Shown: in pieces, positions 25,826 through 38,224 of the stretch
Layout of the letters: each line of letters opens with the position of its first letter
How positions within the stretch are numbered: position 1 is the first letter of the stretch
DNA from: Marsupella aquatica
Lineage: Eukaryota > Plantae > Marchantiophyta
Direction: 5' to 3'
NCBI GenBank assembly: GCA_973895155.1
Contig: OZ316898.1
Location: 9,685,761-9,749,760, forward strand
DNA: 64,000 nucleotides
Notes under the pieces: model-generated
The model's database searches: none
What the model was told of the DNA's origin: nothing
The model's input: only the letters and a program-made list of their open reading frames with translations
Position numbers and translations under genes: made by a program

Positions 25826-28277
25826 GAACGACTGGAATCTGAAATCAAGAGCCTTTATTGACAGCATTTCCATGTGTGTGTGTTTGTTTTTGCTTCTTTT
25901 CGTTGGGACATCTCTATCTTGGATTTTCTGCTCTCCATGATTTGATCTTTTGCTTTGCCTTGACTTGCAAAGAAGATCCGCTCATCGTAGAAAATCCATG
26001 TTTCCCCTTTTTTTTCTTTGGCTTTTGAGTTGTGTCCCTCCCTTTACCCAAAAGGGGGAAAATACTACTTATAGATCTCTTCTTTTATTAAAGTTTTCCG
26101 TAAACTCTGGCATCAAGGGCAAGTGGACTTCAGTTCCCCTAAAAGTGAAGGGAAAACTCATAATTCTCCCCTCACTCTACACAGGGTGAGATGGAGGTAA
26201 AACCTTTTTTTGCTGCTGGCAAGGTCATTGCGCGCATGTCACCTTAAGTTTTATGAGGGACTCAATATGCCCGCATGAGGGCCAGGCTAGTGCACGGATA
26301 ATCTTCTCAATAAAGTACCTATATAGAACATAAGTATAGGTTTTTTTTATTAAGTTTAGTGGAAAAATTATTAGGGCCACAGTGAGTGCAGCGTGCATTT
26401 CATGGTCAAAATTTGAGCATTTATGTTTGTGGAGGAGGCTCTATATGAAACTCATCAATGTGCCCCAAAAGGGATTTTGAGTGTCCTTTTGGCCCCAGAA
26501 TTTACAGAAAACTCTATTGTGTCTTACACCCCATCTATGACTTGCATCTACCCCTTACTTGGGCTCTTACCAGACTACCATAGTACCATCTTGGTCAGTG
26601 GGTTAATTAACTATTAAAAGAATTATTCTGGCTAACAAAATACTTTGCGGTCCTTGTGAGACCAGGAAAGAATTTTAGATTATAGTGATGGTCATGCTGT
26701 AGACAGTGACTTTTCAATATATACATTGTTTTGAGAATTACAAAATGAAAACTAATTAATATTCCCGTCTTCCTTGGACGAGGATGACAGTAGGGTAACT
26801 AATAAATAGAAGACCTGCCGAGAAAGAAAAGCCATGAACAACGCGAATCTCTGACGGTTTTCCAAACAATAAATTAAATAGGTTTTATTATCGGGAAAGA
26901 AAACGTTTCCTTCAAGGGGAAAAAGAATCAAGAGGAATGCGGGTCTTTGCGGCTTTGGGCAGACTTCGTTGCCCGCACGACAGATCGTTTTTCTGTTCAG
27001 GTACCCACACCGTACTTTCGTAGAGGTACGATTGTCAGTACTCCGTACCCGGTCAGGGCCTGCACGGATGTACCCCCTACCTGCATGACTGCACCCCCCT
27101 GCCCTGCCCTGCCCAGAGTTTTCAGTGACGGACCCGGTGACGGCTGCACCTAAACCCTACCCTGCCCTGCATAAAGCTTTCCTGGGCTGGCCCGGTGACC
27201 CATCTAAAGTGTTCACGCAGATGGTGTTAACTAGTGCAATAAGCGTAAGTATCATTATTGGTGTTATTTGAGGCCCAAATACTCAGCACTCGCAAATTAG
27301 TGTAATTGAGACCCAAATCAGTAGCACTAGCAAATTAGTGTTACTTAGAGTAGTGGTCTCGGCCCTGCCATTGACCAGAGCATTTAAATACTTCCCAATT
27401 TCGAGCAATCAGATGATTCTTTGAGTGTGTGGAAGGATTTTTCATTCAAAGAATCATGTTACATTCAAAAGAATGCCACTTAAACACTATTTGGGTGGTA
27501 ACAGAGTATTTCAGGAGTACAATTTTCACTGCGATTAGTCTTGGTAGCACTGTTTATGTAAGTTGCATTAGTTTAGTAATAATTCTGTTCATGCATATCA
27601 CTATTTTGGAGAGCAACAAGTAGTACTAATTCCATTTGTGCATAACAATATTTGGAGAGTTACATAGCCCCATAGCAATCAAGGGATCAAAGACTAGTGT
27701 TTCATTCAAGCAATGGAGTGTTCCAATGCACAGATATGAAGGCTAATAATGGGGTCTCAAACCTCAAAACTTGATAGACCCTCACTAGTTGGAGCTATGG
27801 GAAAACAGTGATGGACTACCAAATCCATGATCCATAACTTTTTGCCATAAAGATTGGTCATATGCCATGACTGCAAGTCACTTTAAATTCTAGTAAAAAA
27901 ATATTGTTTTAAATATAACCCTTTGAAAAACCCATGGCCAAAAGTCATCATCTGTAATCTAAAGCTGTGAGATGCCTTATTCGAACACCTTTGACAGCCA
28001 TGGAACACAGCCTGTTTCACTCTCTTTGAACCACTAGAAAAATAAGTAATACAGAGCCTCAACAAGGCTCACTAATTGCCAAACAATGGTAGCACAAATC
28101 AAGAGCAGGACTTGACAAATATGAATTGCTCTCTTTCATGGACTTCCAATCCCAAATATTCAGCCCCAAAACCGACCACAATTAGAATTATTTTGTATTC
28201 AAACCTGCCGCACTCTTAAAATACTATAACCAACATTTACTAGGGATTTTAACTAATTCTGAGGTGCAGACTAATTA

Positions 28278-28540
28278 TGGTGAATAGTGTAGAGTTGGAC
28301 TTCGAGTCAATCTGCTCTTAAATTAGCATTGCCAACATTAACAAGGGATAAACATTAACTCAACAATAAAGACCAATTACAATGAACAGTATAGAGAATT
28401 TGCTCTTTGGGTCTATCCGCTCTTAAGTTAATGTTGCCAACATCATTTAGAGATAAGCACTAACTCATAGATATAGATCAATTACATGAATAGTGGAGAG
28501 AGTTTGCTCTTCGAGTTTATTAGCTCTGATTAACTAAATT
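28278..28540. repeat. Degenerate tandem repeat, ~103-bp unit, about 3 copies
   Basis: TGAA(T/C)AGT..AGAG...TTGCTCTT(C/T)G.GT....GCTCT starts at ~28281, 28383 and 28487. Confidence 0.6.
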
Positions 28541-30300
28541 AGAGTCAAGTACACTAATTACTCTAAAGTCAAATTCAAGTCTAATTGTGAATTGAAGACC
28601 GATTACACTATTACAGTGACAAGTGCAAGGAGTTTGTCCTTCAGGTCTATCCGGTCCGCTTTTGGAAACCCGTGCAACCCTAGCAAGGGAATTTTATCAG
28701 AAGTGGGCACAACAGACGGGATAACTAATCGAGACAGGGAAAAGGGATCAGGGACTGTTGATTGTTTTTGTTTCTGCCCGCGGGCAGGGGTGCAGGACTG
28801 AGCAGGACCTATACCTGCTGTACGGGAGAGGATCTAGACTAACTGCAGTTTACAGTACGGGGTGAAATGGAGTATGATCCATACGACTCGACAAGTTTTT
28901 TCAACAGTTTTTTGCTTTCGTATTGACCGTGGTGGGTGCCCACTGCCCAGGGAGGACTCGACAAGTTTTTGCTCAGTTCTTCCTCTTCTTTTTCGTTTGT
29001 GACCGGGGTGGGTGCCCAGTGCCCAGAGAGGACGAGTCGACGACGTGCTGTTCGGACTACACTTTGTTTTGTTGCTGTAAAGGGCAGACAGAGTGGGCAC
29101 TGGGCAGGTAGGCGGGTATCCCGGTCAGGGGGCGGGGCAGGCAGGCACGCCAGCATGTTCGAGCGAATGGTTGCGAGGGGAACGACGGACAGCTAGACAG
29201 GTGGAGCTACTTGGCAGCTCGTCATTCGTGACGTGATCAGCCCTTTGTTTTCTCTTTTACCGTACTCTCGGTTTACGCAACAACAAATACTTATTAAATT
29301 TTGGAAAGTGAGATAGACACTGACGTTTCAGACTTTCAGTGTAAGCATTATTTCTAAATTAAAAGTAGAATCATCATTTGGACTTGGGTTAAGGGATTAA
29401 TTTGTTTTTTAATGTTTTTGAGAAAATCTAGAAACTCACTTAGGCAAATATTCAGCTGGGCATGGCGCGGTTTGTTCTTCCTATCCTCATGGACACAGTA
29501 GGTCACTTTTGTTAAGGACCCCACAAATGGTTATGCACCCCAACGACCCATAAATTATTGGTCTTTGTCAAACTTGTGCATGTATTATCTCCAACTCTCT
29601 AAATTATTCTACATATCTATATATATTTGACTTTTGACTGTATTCTTTATTTCTAAAATTGCAAAAAAGAAACAAGAGAATGATGGTGGCCTTGTGGAAA
29701 GGGTTGAATTAATTCACTTTTAAAGATATAGGAAAATTTATGATTTCCCTATGCTATAATTTGAAATGTAAGAATATAAGGGTTTGGCATGGGGCCTGCA
29801 TGAACCTGGTTGTCCTTATTTGTACTACCATCGGGGCTTGAGTGGACCTATATCTATTTGCAATCTAACAGTAGGGGGACTAGATTTTGCAACTTCAAGT
29901 GAAAAGCAGGTCCATGACCAAAGAACAATTGTAGACTGACGGACAGTCTCCCCTGTATTTTATACTATCACTTGCTCTTATTTTCTTGTACATTTGTAAA
30001 TATTCCAGACAACCTTACCCTATGATACCAGACCAAATTTTGGAATCCCACCCCTATTACTTCACTTCCTTCAGTCAATCTTTGTCTGTGTTCAACTTGG
30101 GCACAGGAAAAATCGGGGGGCAAAAATTGGCTGGAACTGGGGGCCAGGCCTGCGCAATTGCCGTGGGTAATTGCAAAGTGTATAACTTTACTGCATTTTG
30201 GAAGCAATGCCATAAGTAGGGTGGGTAAATTCTACCAATTGGTCATGACTGGGACTGCCCATATGGCCATCAGCCTATTCTTAAGTTTCCCCTTTGTTTC

Positions 30301-30670
30301 TGTTAGGTATTTACTATTATGTCTAGGGTTACAACATGTAACCGTAGTTAGGTTAACTGTGGTCAAAGATGTGATTAGGTTAACAAAGTTGCACACTATA
30401 TCCTAAACAATGCTTGCTAGGATAAGTGGAACTTACTAAGGCTCATTGTTACGGAGCCACTTGAGATATGAGGAAAGCTTACACTATGGAGACTTGGTAT
30501 AGCCGACGGACTTACCGTTTAGTAAAGGTCTCTTGTGTGTTCCCGTGGACGTAACCTTGAGGAGTTGAACCACGTATCTCGTGTGTCGACTATTTGCACG
30601 TCGGATGTGTCATGTGCTTACAGTTGCGATTATCATCTATGCTCAAGAGTTCCCATATTTTAGCCTTCAA
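30301..30670 (+). mobile_element. Probable solo LTR, related in type to 13262-13624
   Basis: Starts TGTTAGG and contains TTAGGTTAAC motifs plus the LTR motif CCGTGGACGTAACC...GAACCACGTATCTCGTGTGT. The 3' end and TSD were not resolved. Confidence 0.5.
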
Positions 30671-31883
30671 TAAGAAATGTAACCCTGGGTGAGTTGATCA
30701 TGGTTATGGCACCTGCTTAAGGTCAACTTCATTTCAATTTTAGGGTCAACTAGTCAGGGTTCAAAGGGAGGATAATTACCCCGCTTTGCCCAAGGGCAAT
30801 GGGCATCCAGCTTTGACAAGGGGACAATCTTTCCAATATTTAAAAGTAAAACTAAACCCAGTCTTACCTCCCCTCCTGTACCCTTCATTTGGTTCACCGT
30901 TTTAGTGAAATATGTTTAACACATAAAACATGTGTAAAGTTTAATGGACATACCCTTTAATTCAAGTCTTGTGTAAGACATCTGGTAAAATTTGCCAACA
31001 TTAGAGTTGTCCCTGTGGGCACTCTCTTTTTGGCACCCCTTTTGTAACCTGAATTGTGATATAATGTCTTGTCTGCAGCGCTGTTGTAATGAAAACTCAC
31101 TTGAGACAACAAAAAATGGGAGAGATCTGGGGAGAGATTAGGGATGAATATCGTGATTGTCACTTTCAAAGTTTTGTTACCACTTTAGTTTCAAGAAGAG
31201 GTGGGAGCAGCATATCTTGTAAGTGCAAAAATTGCCAAATCCCACCGCACTGAAAATTACCTTTGTTTTTGGTCTTCATTAGCCAGTCTCCCACCAAGCC
31301 ACAGACCCCTTTGGCCCAGAATCTGACAATTACCCTTAAAGCACAGGAGATCTAACGGTCAGAATCTTCTATTGCACACCAACTGACATCCTCCACTGTG
31401 GCACCTCTTACAAGACTACACTGGGTGAGAGGGCTCAAAGGAACTCTTATTAACTCAGTCTTATCATCGGGGCATTTGTTCATTCTTGGACCCAAGTGCT
31501 TAACCCTGGTTACTTTTAGTTTGGTTTCTCTCTACACTATTCAGAGAAAAAAAAAGTTAAAAGAAAGGAAACGAAGGAAGAAAAAAAAATACTTATTCCC
31601 ACACCAGACTCGAGTTTTTTTTTGCTCCTTTCATGTGCACCCGGGCAGGAGGTGGGTGCCCCTACCCAAAGAGTGGATAGAGCAAACCCCAAACAAAACA
31701 CATCCCCCATGCTATGTGTCTGGCATACCGACTACTCGGTTCGAACCCCGCCGTCTACCAGACTACTGACTGCGGTACAGTTCGTTACCTCTGGTTGAGA
31801 GGTTGGGCCTCGTTGGCAGGTGACCCAACTGCCGTTGGTGCCAGCGGTAGCAGGCGGGCCCGCGGGCAGGCGGCTGCTCTAGG

Positions 31884-32651
31884 GGCAGCCGCACCCGGAA
31901 GGTAGGACCTCGGGCAGCCTGCGGAATAAATATGCCGGCCAGGTTTAATTTTATGCGAGGCTGTTTTTCCTGTTCTGTTTTTGTTCTTTTTGTTTTTATT
32001 TGATTCCATTCGAGGTCAGGGTTTCTTTTGGGTTTTCTCTTATTTTGCAAATGAGTCCGTCAAGGCTGGACCTGAACGACAAAAGTGCCCGGGTCTCCAG
32101 GTACTACAGTACTAATAACATGTTACCCACTTATAATTGCCTCAAGTCTACTCTTATAGCCCCCTAAAAAGACTAAAAAGGACAACATATTCCAACCCCA
32201 ACAGACCTTCCCCTCTGCCCCAAATAGATTTTTGACGGATACAGACCGGAGTGTTTTTACGTTCTCGCCAGGCAGCCCCACGTGGAAGGTAGGACATCGG
32301 GCAGCCTGCATAATAACGATACCGGTCAGGTTTAATTTTATGTGAGGCTGATTTTTCTGTTTTTGTTCTTTTTGTTCTTTTTGTTTTTACTTGATTCCAT
32401 TAGAGGTGGGTTTCTTTTGGGTTTCTCTTATTTTGCAAATGAGCCCGTCAGGGCAGGGGCCGAACGAACAAAAGTGCCCGGGTCTCCAGGTACTACAGTA
32501 CTAATAACATGTATTCGATTTTAATGGCCTAAAGTCTACTCTTGTAGCCCCCTAAAAAGGACAACATATTCCATCCCAACAGACTTTTCCCTCTGTCCCC
32601 AAATAGATTTTGACTGATACAGACCGGAGTGGTTTTTTCTTTCTCGCCAGG
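31884..32651. repeat. ~385-bp tandem duplication (2 copies)
   Basis: GGAAGGTAGGAC.TCGGGCAGCCTGC...CAAAAGTGCCCGGGTCTCCAGGTACTACAGTACTAATAACATG...ATACAGACCGGAGTG...TTCTCGCCAGG occurs twice back to back. Confidence 0.9.
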
Positions 32652-33429
32652 GTGGCGAATGCGACTTTGTGTCCAGGAGAAGATGCGAAGATTTTTTTTC
32701 TTCTACTTTTCTTCGATTAATTTTCGACCACAAGATCTCCCTAGCTTTATGGCTGACCATCAGATTCAGGCTAATGGGGTGCGTGCCCAGCTTGGAATCT
32801 GGATAATAGAAGATACAACACGTGGCTATTTTTTTGGTCAAAAGTGGGCGAAGACTTTCATTGAAAGGAATTTGACCAAAAAAAAATGTCACTAGAAAAA
32901 CAGCGGATCTAGACTTCTATGGTCTAGGGTTATAGTCTGCACTACAATACAACCCTGGTTGACAACTTGGTCAATTATTGGAGTCACCTTAAAGTGTAAG
33001 TTGAAATACTTTTACTGTTTTATAAACCAAAGTCAACTTTGATGTCATTTGAAGTTGATCTCGAATAGCTTTTGGTGGGAGACTGGGGAGTCTTAAGCTT
33101 GGTCAATGGTATTGATCTTGGAAATTCTAGATTCCCAAGCATAACCGCATACAAAAATTGCCTCCCAGTCATGGAACTATTTTTTGCTATAACAACAAGA
33201 TTTTGAGAAAAGAGAGGCCAATAGTCATTGGATCACTCATGTCATGTAAGTACCTGTTAGTTTTTGCTCTGAAAGCCTAAAGTAGACCCATCCAACAGAA
33301 GCTAGACGTTTTACTTTGGAGTACGCACCATGTAAGCAAATGTTCAGGTAACGAGCAATGAGAGTGGATGGTAGCAGCTGTTCACATATATTTGGCCTGG
33401 CAATGGATGTTCTGTTAGACCATCTACAC

Positions 33430-33715
33430 CAACCACAACCAAAACCACAATGGGCACCCAAGAGCTATTTTCTTATGGGCTTTGGCACTTGGTAATGACC
33501 AACTTAATTTGTACATTTTCTTTACTAACCACCACCAAAACAAGAAAGGGCACCCAAGGGGCTAGTGTCTTCTTATGGGCTTGGGGCACTTGCACATGAC
33601 CAGCGTAATTTGTACACTCTATACTAACCCACTCCCCGCCCCCCCTTACACAAAAAGAAGCACCCAAGGGGATACATTCTTATGGGTTTGGGCAGTTGCT
33701 AATGACTAACGTACT
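33430..33715. repeat. Tandem repeat, ~95-110-bp unit, 3 copies
   Basis: GCACCCAAG....TTCTTATGGG.TT.GGCA.TTG...ATGAC recurs three times. Confidence 0.75.
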
Positions 33716-33855
33716 AACTAAGGATGATGGTGGAGTATCTCTACACTGCCAAAATTAAACTAGCAACGATTTGCTATTAAAATTGGCCAAGTACCTGTTG
33801 CCTGCTGAAAGCATGAGTTCGCTTCCCATCCTTGCCCAACAGATGCTTCTAGCTA

Positions 33856-35110
33856 CACTCTTTACAATATTTAGTCTCACACACTCTAATTACTGTGAGG
33901 TTATATTTGAGGTAAGTGACGGTAATTAGGGTGTGTGACACTAATATGGTATGACATTAATTGTGGTCACAAGTCAAATAGTGTCACACACACTTAAGTT
34001 ACAAATAGAATGGACAATAGTCAAAATTTGCTTATAATGCTTTTTAAAATGTGCACAATATTTTATTACATTTTACAAAATTTACTACCCAAACATTGAG
34101 AAAACTTCAGGAACTTATAACTCCTTCCATATACCACTCAAACATTGAGAAAACTTCAGAAATTTATAACTCCTCACATAGCACAAAATTGCAGTTTGGG
34201 GTACTTAACCACATTGAACAAACAAGATTTGTTTGAGTCACTTTTATCAACTATAAATAACACATGCTCTCTCACATAAGCTACAAACTAACATCCATTT
34301 CACTCTCCTACAACCTGCCCCCTGTATCTCATCATTGCAAGAAGGCATACAGTCCCAAGAGAAGTGGGTTGAGCTGACTCTTCACCTGGTTCACCAACAT
34401 CAGGAGCCACTTCAACAGTAGCATCAATGTCAAGGCCAACTCCACTCCCTTCAATACTTCGCTATGATATTCTGAAGCTCAGGTGTAAGTTTATTTTCAC
34501 ACTATACACCATTGACATTAAGAGACACGCCGGTGTTTATTATTGTATTTTGTGCATAAGACATGCCATGTTTGTCAACAGAATTGTTCACCTCAGCTAC
34601 AGAGTCACTTGCCAATGTCAAAAACCAATGTTTTCCTGGATTTATCAATTTCCTAGATATGCCCCATGTCCCAGTCCCCACATTTTTTGAAATGCAGCGA
34701 GGATAAGCCAAAGATGCAGATTAATTACCAGTGACATTTTGACAAAGTCTTGATTCTCTTTCCCTTGCTCTAGCAAATCCAGCCATGATGGCCAATCCAT
34801 TCCCGCCATGTTATCAATCTGTGAACCTCCTTTCACAAAGACGGACAAACTAAAACACAAAGAAACTTTCTAAGAACATACACACAAAGAGATATCATTG
34901 GTAATCTGGATAACTTTGGAGTGGGTCCAGTTTAGGTTACCACCAATAACGTTGTCACCCCTACTTATCAATATAATTCAATATGTTAATTAATTTTTTT
35001 AAAAATTAGGGGTGGCAGTAAATAGTGTCACTTGGCTGAAAATCAAGCGTTACCCCTAATTAGTGTTTGTGACACTAATTGTTTCGTGACACAAAATACT
35101 GTAAAGAGTG
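33856..35110. mobile_element. Non-autonomous TIR DNA transposon with CACTC termini (CMC/EnSpm-like)
   Basis: Left CACTCTTTACAATATTTAGTCTCAC versus right end reverse-complemented CACTCTTTACAGTATTTTGTGTCAC (25 bp, 3 mismatches). Subterminal GTGACACTAAT motifs lie near both ends. Flanks are TA and TC. Confidence 0.75.
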
Positions 35111-35804
35111 TCCGTGGTTAGCATGTACAAAAGTTTGGGCCTTCAATATCTTTTTACTTCATCTTAGCGATATACAGGGCAATGATTGACTTGATCAATC
35201 GTCACCATTTTTCATGCTTTTTATAATTTTGTTTGCATTGCATAAGAGACGAGCTTAAAGCCCTCCATTCTCAGGGAACCAACACCTTGGATGCAAAGGG
35301 TGAACTTTCTCAGGATCCCTCAATTTAATTGTATGGACTACTTCTAAATTGAGCTGAGCGTGGACCCAGCCATGGACCCATGCTAAAAGTAGCCAAGCAT
35401 TCACAGATGGTCATTACAGCAATTTTCTAGTGGGAAAATTTTGCTAGATTCCTCCTCTCTGAAATGTTTTTGCAAGTTTGATTTCGTAAAGAATTACTAT
35501 GTGTTTTTGTCATCCATTAGCCAGTTTTCCCACCTAGCCACAGACCCCAGTAACTAGAATATAATGGCTATCTTTAAATCTTGGGATCTGACAATCATAA
35601 ATAAATTTAGTAAAGTTGAATGAAGAATATACCAGCATCTTCTCCTTCACGTTAGGTGACATTTGCCATCCTGGCAAGAATGAAAAAAACTTGGCTAATT
35701 TAGCATGTACCCTAAATTGCCACAGCTGAACATTGAAGTGATCATGATCAGGTTGAGCCATGTGGGTCGAGTGGAGGAGGACAAACTGTTGTGTCTATGC
35801 CGAA

Positions 35805-36225
35805 GGCATGGGTTATAAGCTATTCAAGATTATCTCAATCCGTCCAAATTGGTCCTTCCAATTTGGGCTAAGGGGCTTCTTATCTTCATATTTGTCCTTG
35901 CCAATCTTTGCATGGTATGGGTTAAGGCTTTCAATCTTCATATTAGTCCATGCCAATTTTTGCCTGGGTATGGGGTAAAGGCTTCCAATCTTCATATTGG
36001 TCCGCGTCAATTTTGCATGGGTATGGGTTAAGGGCTTCCAATCTATACATTGGTCTGTGCCAATCTTTGCATGGGTATCGGGCTAAGGCTTCCAGTCTTT
36101 ATATTAGTCCATGCTAATTTTTGCCTGAGTATGGGCTGAAGTCTTCCAAATCTACAAAATTGGTCTTTGCCAATTTTGCCTGCTCATGGGTTAAGGGGCT
36201 CCAATCTCCATATAAATTGGTCCGT
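35805..36225. repeat. Tandem repeat, ~53-55-bp unit, about 7 copies
   Basis: Consensus GGGTATGGGTTAAGGGCTTCCAATCTTCATATTGGTCCGTGCCAATTTTTGCAT. Confidence 0.9.
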
Positions 36226-36569
36226 TGCAAGGTTTGGGTGGACGTGTGAACTAAGGACACCAGACTGCGCTAATTTCTATTGGCACAAAATTGTTCGATT
36301 CCACCTTGCCAAAAAGAATCTGCCACTTGGCAAAAACTCGTTGTCTTTCAATAGTCAGTTTCACACCTGGCCACAGACCCCGTTAGCTGGAATCTATGGG
36401 TCATCTTAAATCCAGAGAGATCTGAGGGTCAAAAAATAATATAAGAAATACAGATAAAGAATATCCTTAACATTTGTCTTTCACAAAAGCTTACATAATG
36501 GCGAAAAAGGGGCAACCTTCAAGATTACGCTGACGCCATTAATGGGAGCGACCGGAGTACGCCTTTGGC

Positions 36570-37200
36570 AGTTCGTTCCCGCGGGCACGACATGGGGTGG
36601 CCCATGATCAGAAACCTCCAAATTGCGGACAACAGAAGTGGACCAGACGTTTTTTTTTCTGCCCGGAAACCAGGAATTGGAGGGACGGCTTTGCTTTCCC
36701 GTGCCCGCGGGCAGGACATGGGTGCCCACTGTGCCCGAATGAGCAGAAACCTCAAAGGTGCGACGAACGGGACGGGACCCATTTTTTCTATTATTATTGC
36801 TGCCCCGGCGCCAGGAAAGGGAGCGACGACCCCTTTGTTTTGCGGTGCCCGCGGGCCGGACATGGGTGCCCGCAGCCCACGAATGAGGAGAAACCTCCAA
36901 AGTTGAGACGAACGGGACGGGGCCAGACTTTTCTCTTTCTGCCCGGACGCCAGGAATGGGAGCGACGACCATTTGTTTTGCGGTGCCCGCGGGCAGGACA
37001 GGGGTGCCCGCAGCCCACGAATGAGCAGAAACCTCAAAAGTTGAGACGAACGGGACGGGACAAGACTTTTCGATTGCTGCCCGGACGCCAAGAATGGGAG
37101 CGACGCCTTTGCTTTGCGATGCCCGCGGGTAGAACATGGGTGCCCGCAGCCCACGAATGAGCAGGCTCCTCAAAAGTTGAGACGAACGGGAGTACGGGAC
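36570..37200. repeat. GC/CpG-rich tandem array, ~138-bp unit, 5 copies
   Basis: GTGCCCGCGGGCAGGACATGGGTGCCCGCAGCCCACGAATGAGCAGAAACCTCAAAAGTTGAGACGAACGGGACGGG variants start at ~36576, 36701, 36845, 36983 and 37119. Confidence 0.9.
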
Positions 37201-38178
37201 GGGGCCATTCCATGTTTCTCTCTTGCTGCCCGGGCTGAGTAGGCTTTCGGCCTACATGGCCCGCAAGCTGAGTAGGCCGAAAGCATCGGGAGCAAGCTGG
37301 GTGCTTATTTCCGGTGCCCGGGTGAGGAGAGCATAAATAAGAGGGCGAAGGACGGAGAAAAAGGGTAAAGTACGAAAGACAGCATTTCGCCAGTACTTTG
37401 TACAGGACCACTCTCTGTAGCGGAGGCGTAATCGTAGTAAAACACGGCGAGTCCGTCAAAATCCCGATCCATCTGCAAAGACGCGGACGACAAGAGTCCG
37501 TGTTGATGATGATGCTCTTCGGCGTGGTGCTGAATGAACACTAGTAATAGAGGAAGACTCCGACGTTGAAAAATTCAGAACGAGCTCTCTCTCGCTCTCT
37601 GTGTTGAAGTCTGCCTTCTGCTCTTCGTCAATCATCACCCTTGCCTCGTCAATCTTCCTCCAGCTTCGCTTCACTTGCGGTGGCATTTTTGTTTGGCTTT
37701 GGTTATTTTTGGGCTGTGATTGATCGATGGATGGATGATTATTGACTTCGCTGCTCTCTGCCGGGGGAAGGAAGTATCTGGGTGAGGTGAGTTGAGAAGC
37801 AGCAAAGGCATCATCTGGCGAGAGTAGTATTGGTGGCAGCGGCAGGAGGGAATCCGGTTTGAGTGTGGCCCTGTGGGGTATTGGGGATGACTTCGCTGCG
37901 GAGGTACGAAGCTAGAAGAGAGTTGAGAGGGAAAGGAGTGCAGTAGTAGTGGACTGGACGCGGCACGAGGGGATCGCGTGAGAGAGGAGGGGAGGGAGGG
38001 AGGGAGGGAGGGAGAGGCGGAGAGAGGGGAGTTGACAAAGTAGTAGGAGCAGTGGTGTGTGTTGTGGGCGAGTAGAGAGAGTGGAAGACAGTCAAAGGTC
38101 GGTAGTCAGGGCACAGGACAACAGACGAGTGACCAGAGTGAGCTACACGCTCTCGTGTGAGATGTGCACACAGTAGAT

Positions 38179-38181
<3 letters not shown>

Positions 38182-38222
<41 letters not shown>
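38182..38222. repeat. (GA)n microsatellite upstream of RRT1
   Basis: About 20 perfect GA units in a purine-rich promoter/5'UTR region; a possible BPC/GAGA-factor element. Confidence 0.9.

Positions 38223-38224
<2 letters not shown>

Noticed and set aside
31725-31765. tRNA gene suggested by GGTTCGAACCCC
   Set aside because: An isolated B-box with no A-box or cloverleaf.
35805-36225. CRISPR-like regular repeat
   Set aside because: Whole units repeat with no unique spacers, there are no cas genes, and the context is eukaryotic.
36481-37459. Overlapping long ORFs on both strands (up to 230 aa)
   Set aside because: A GC-rich tandem array with few stops; ORFs in many frames indicate an artefact.
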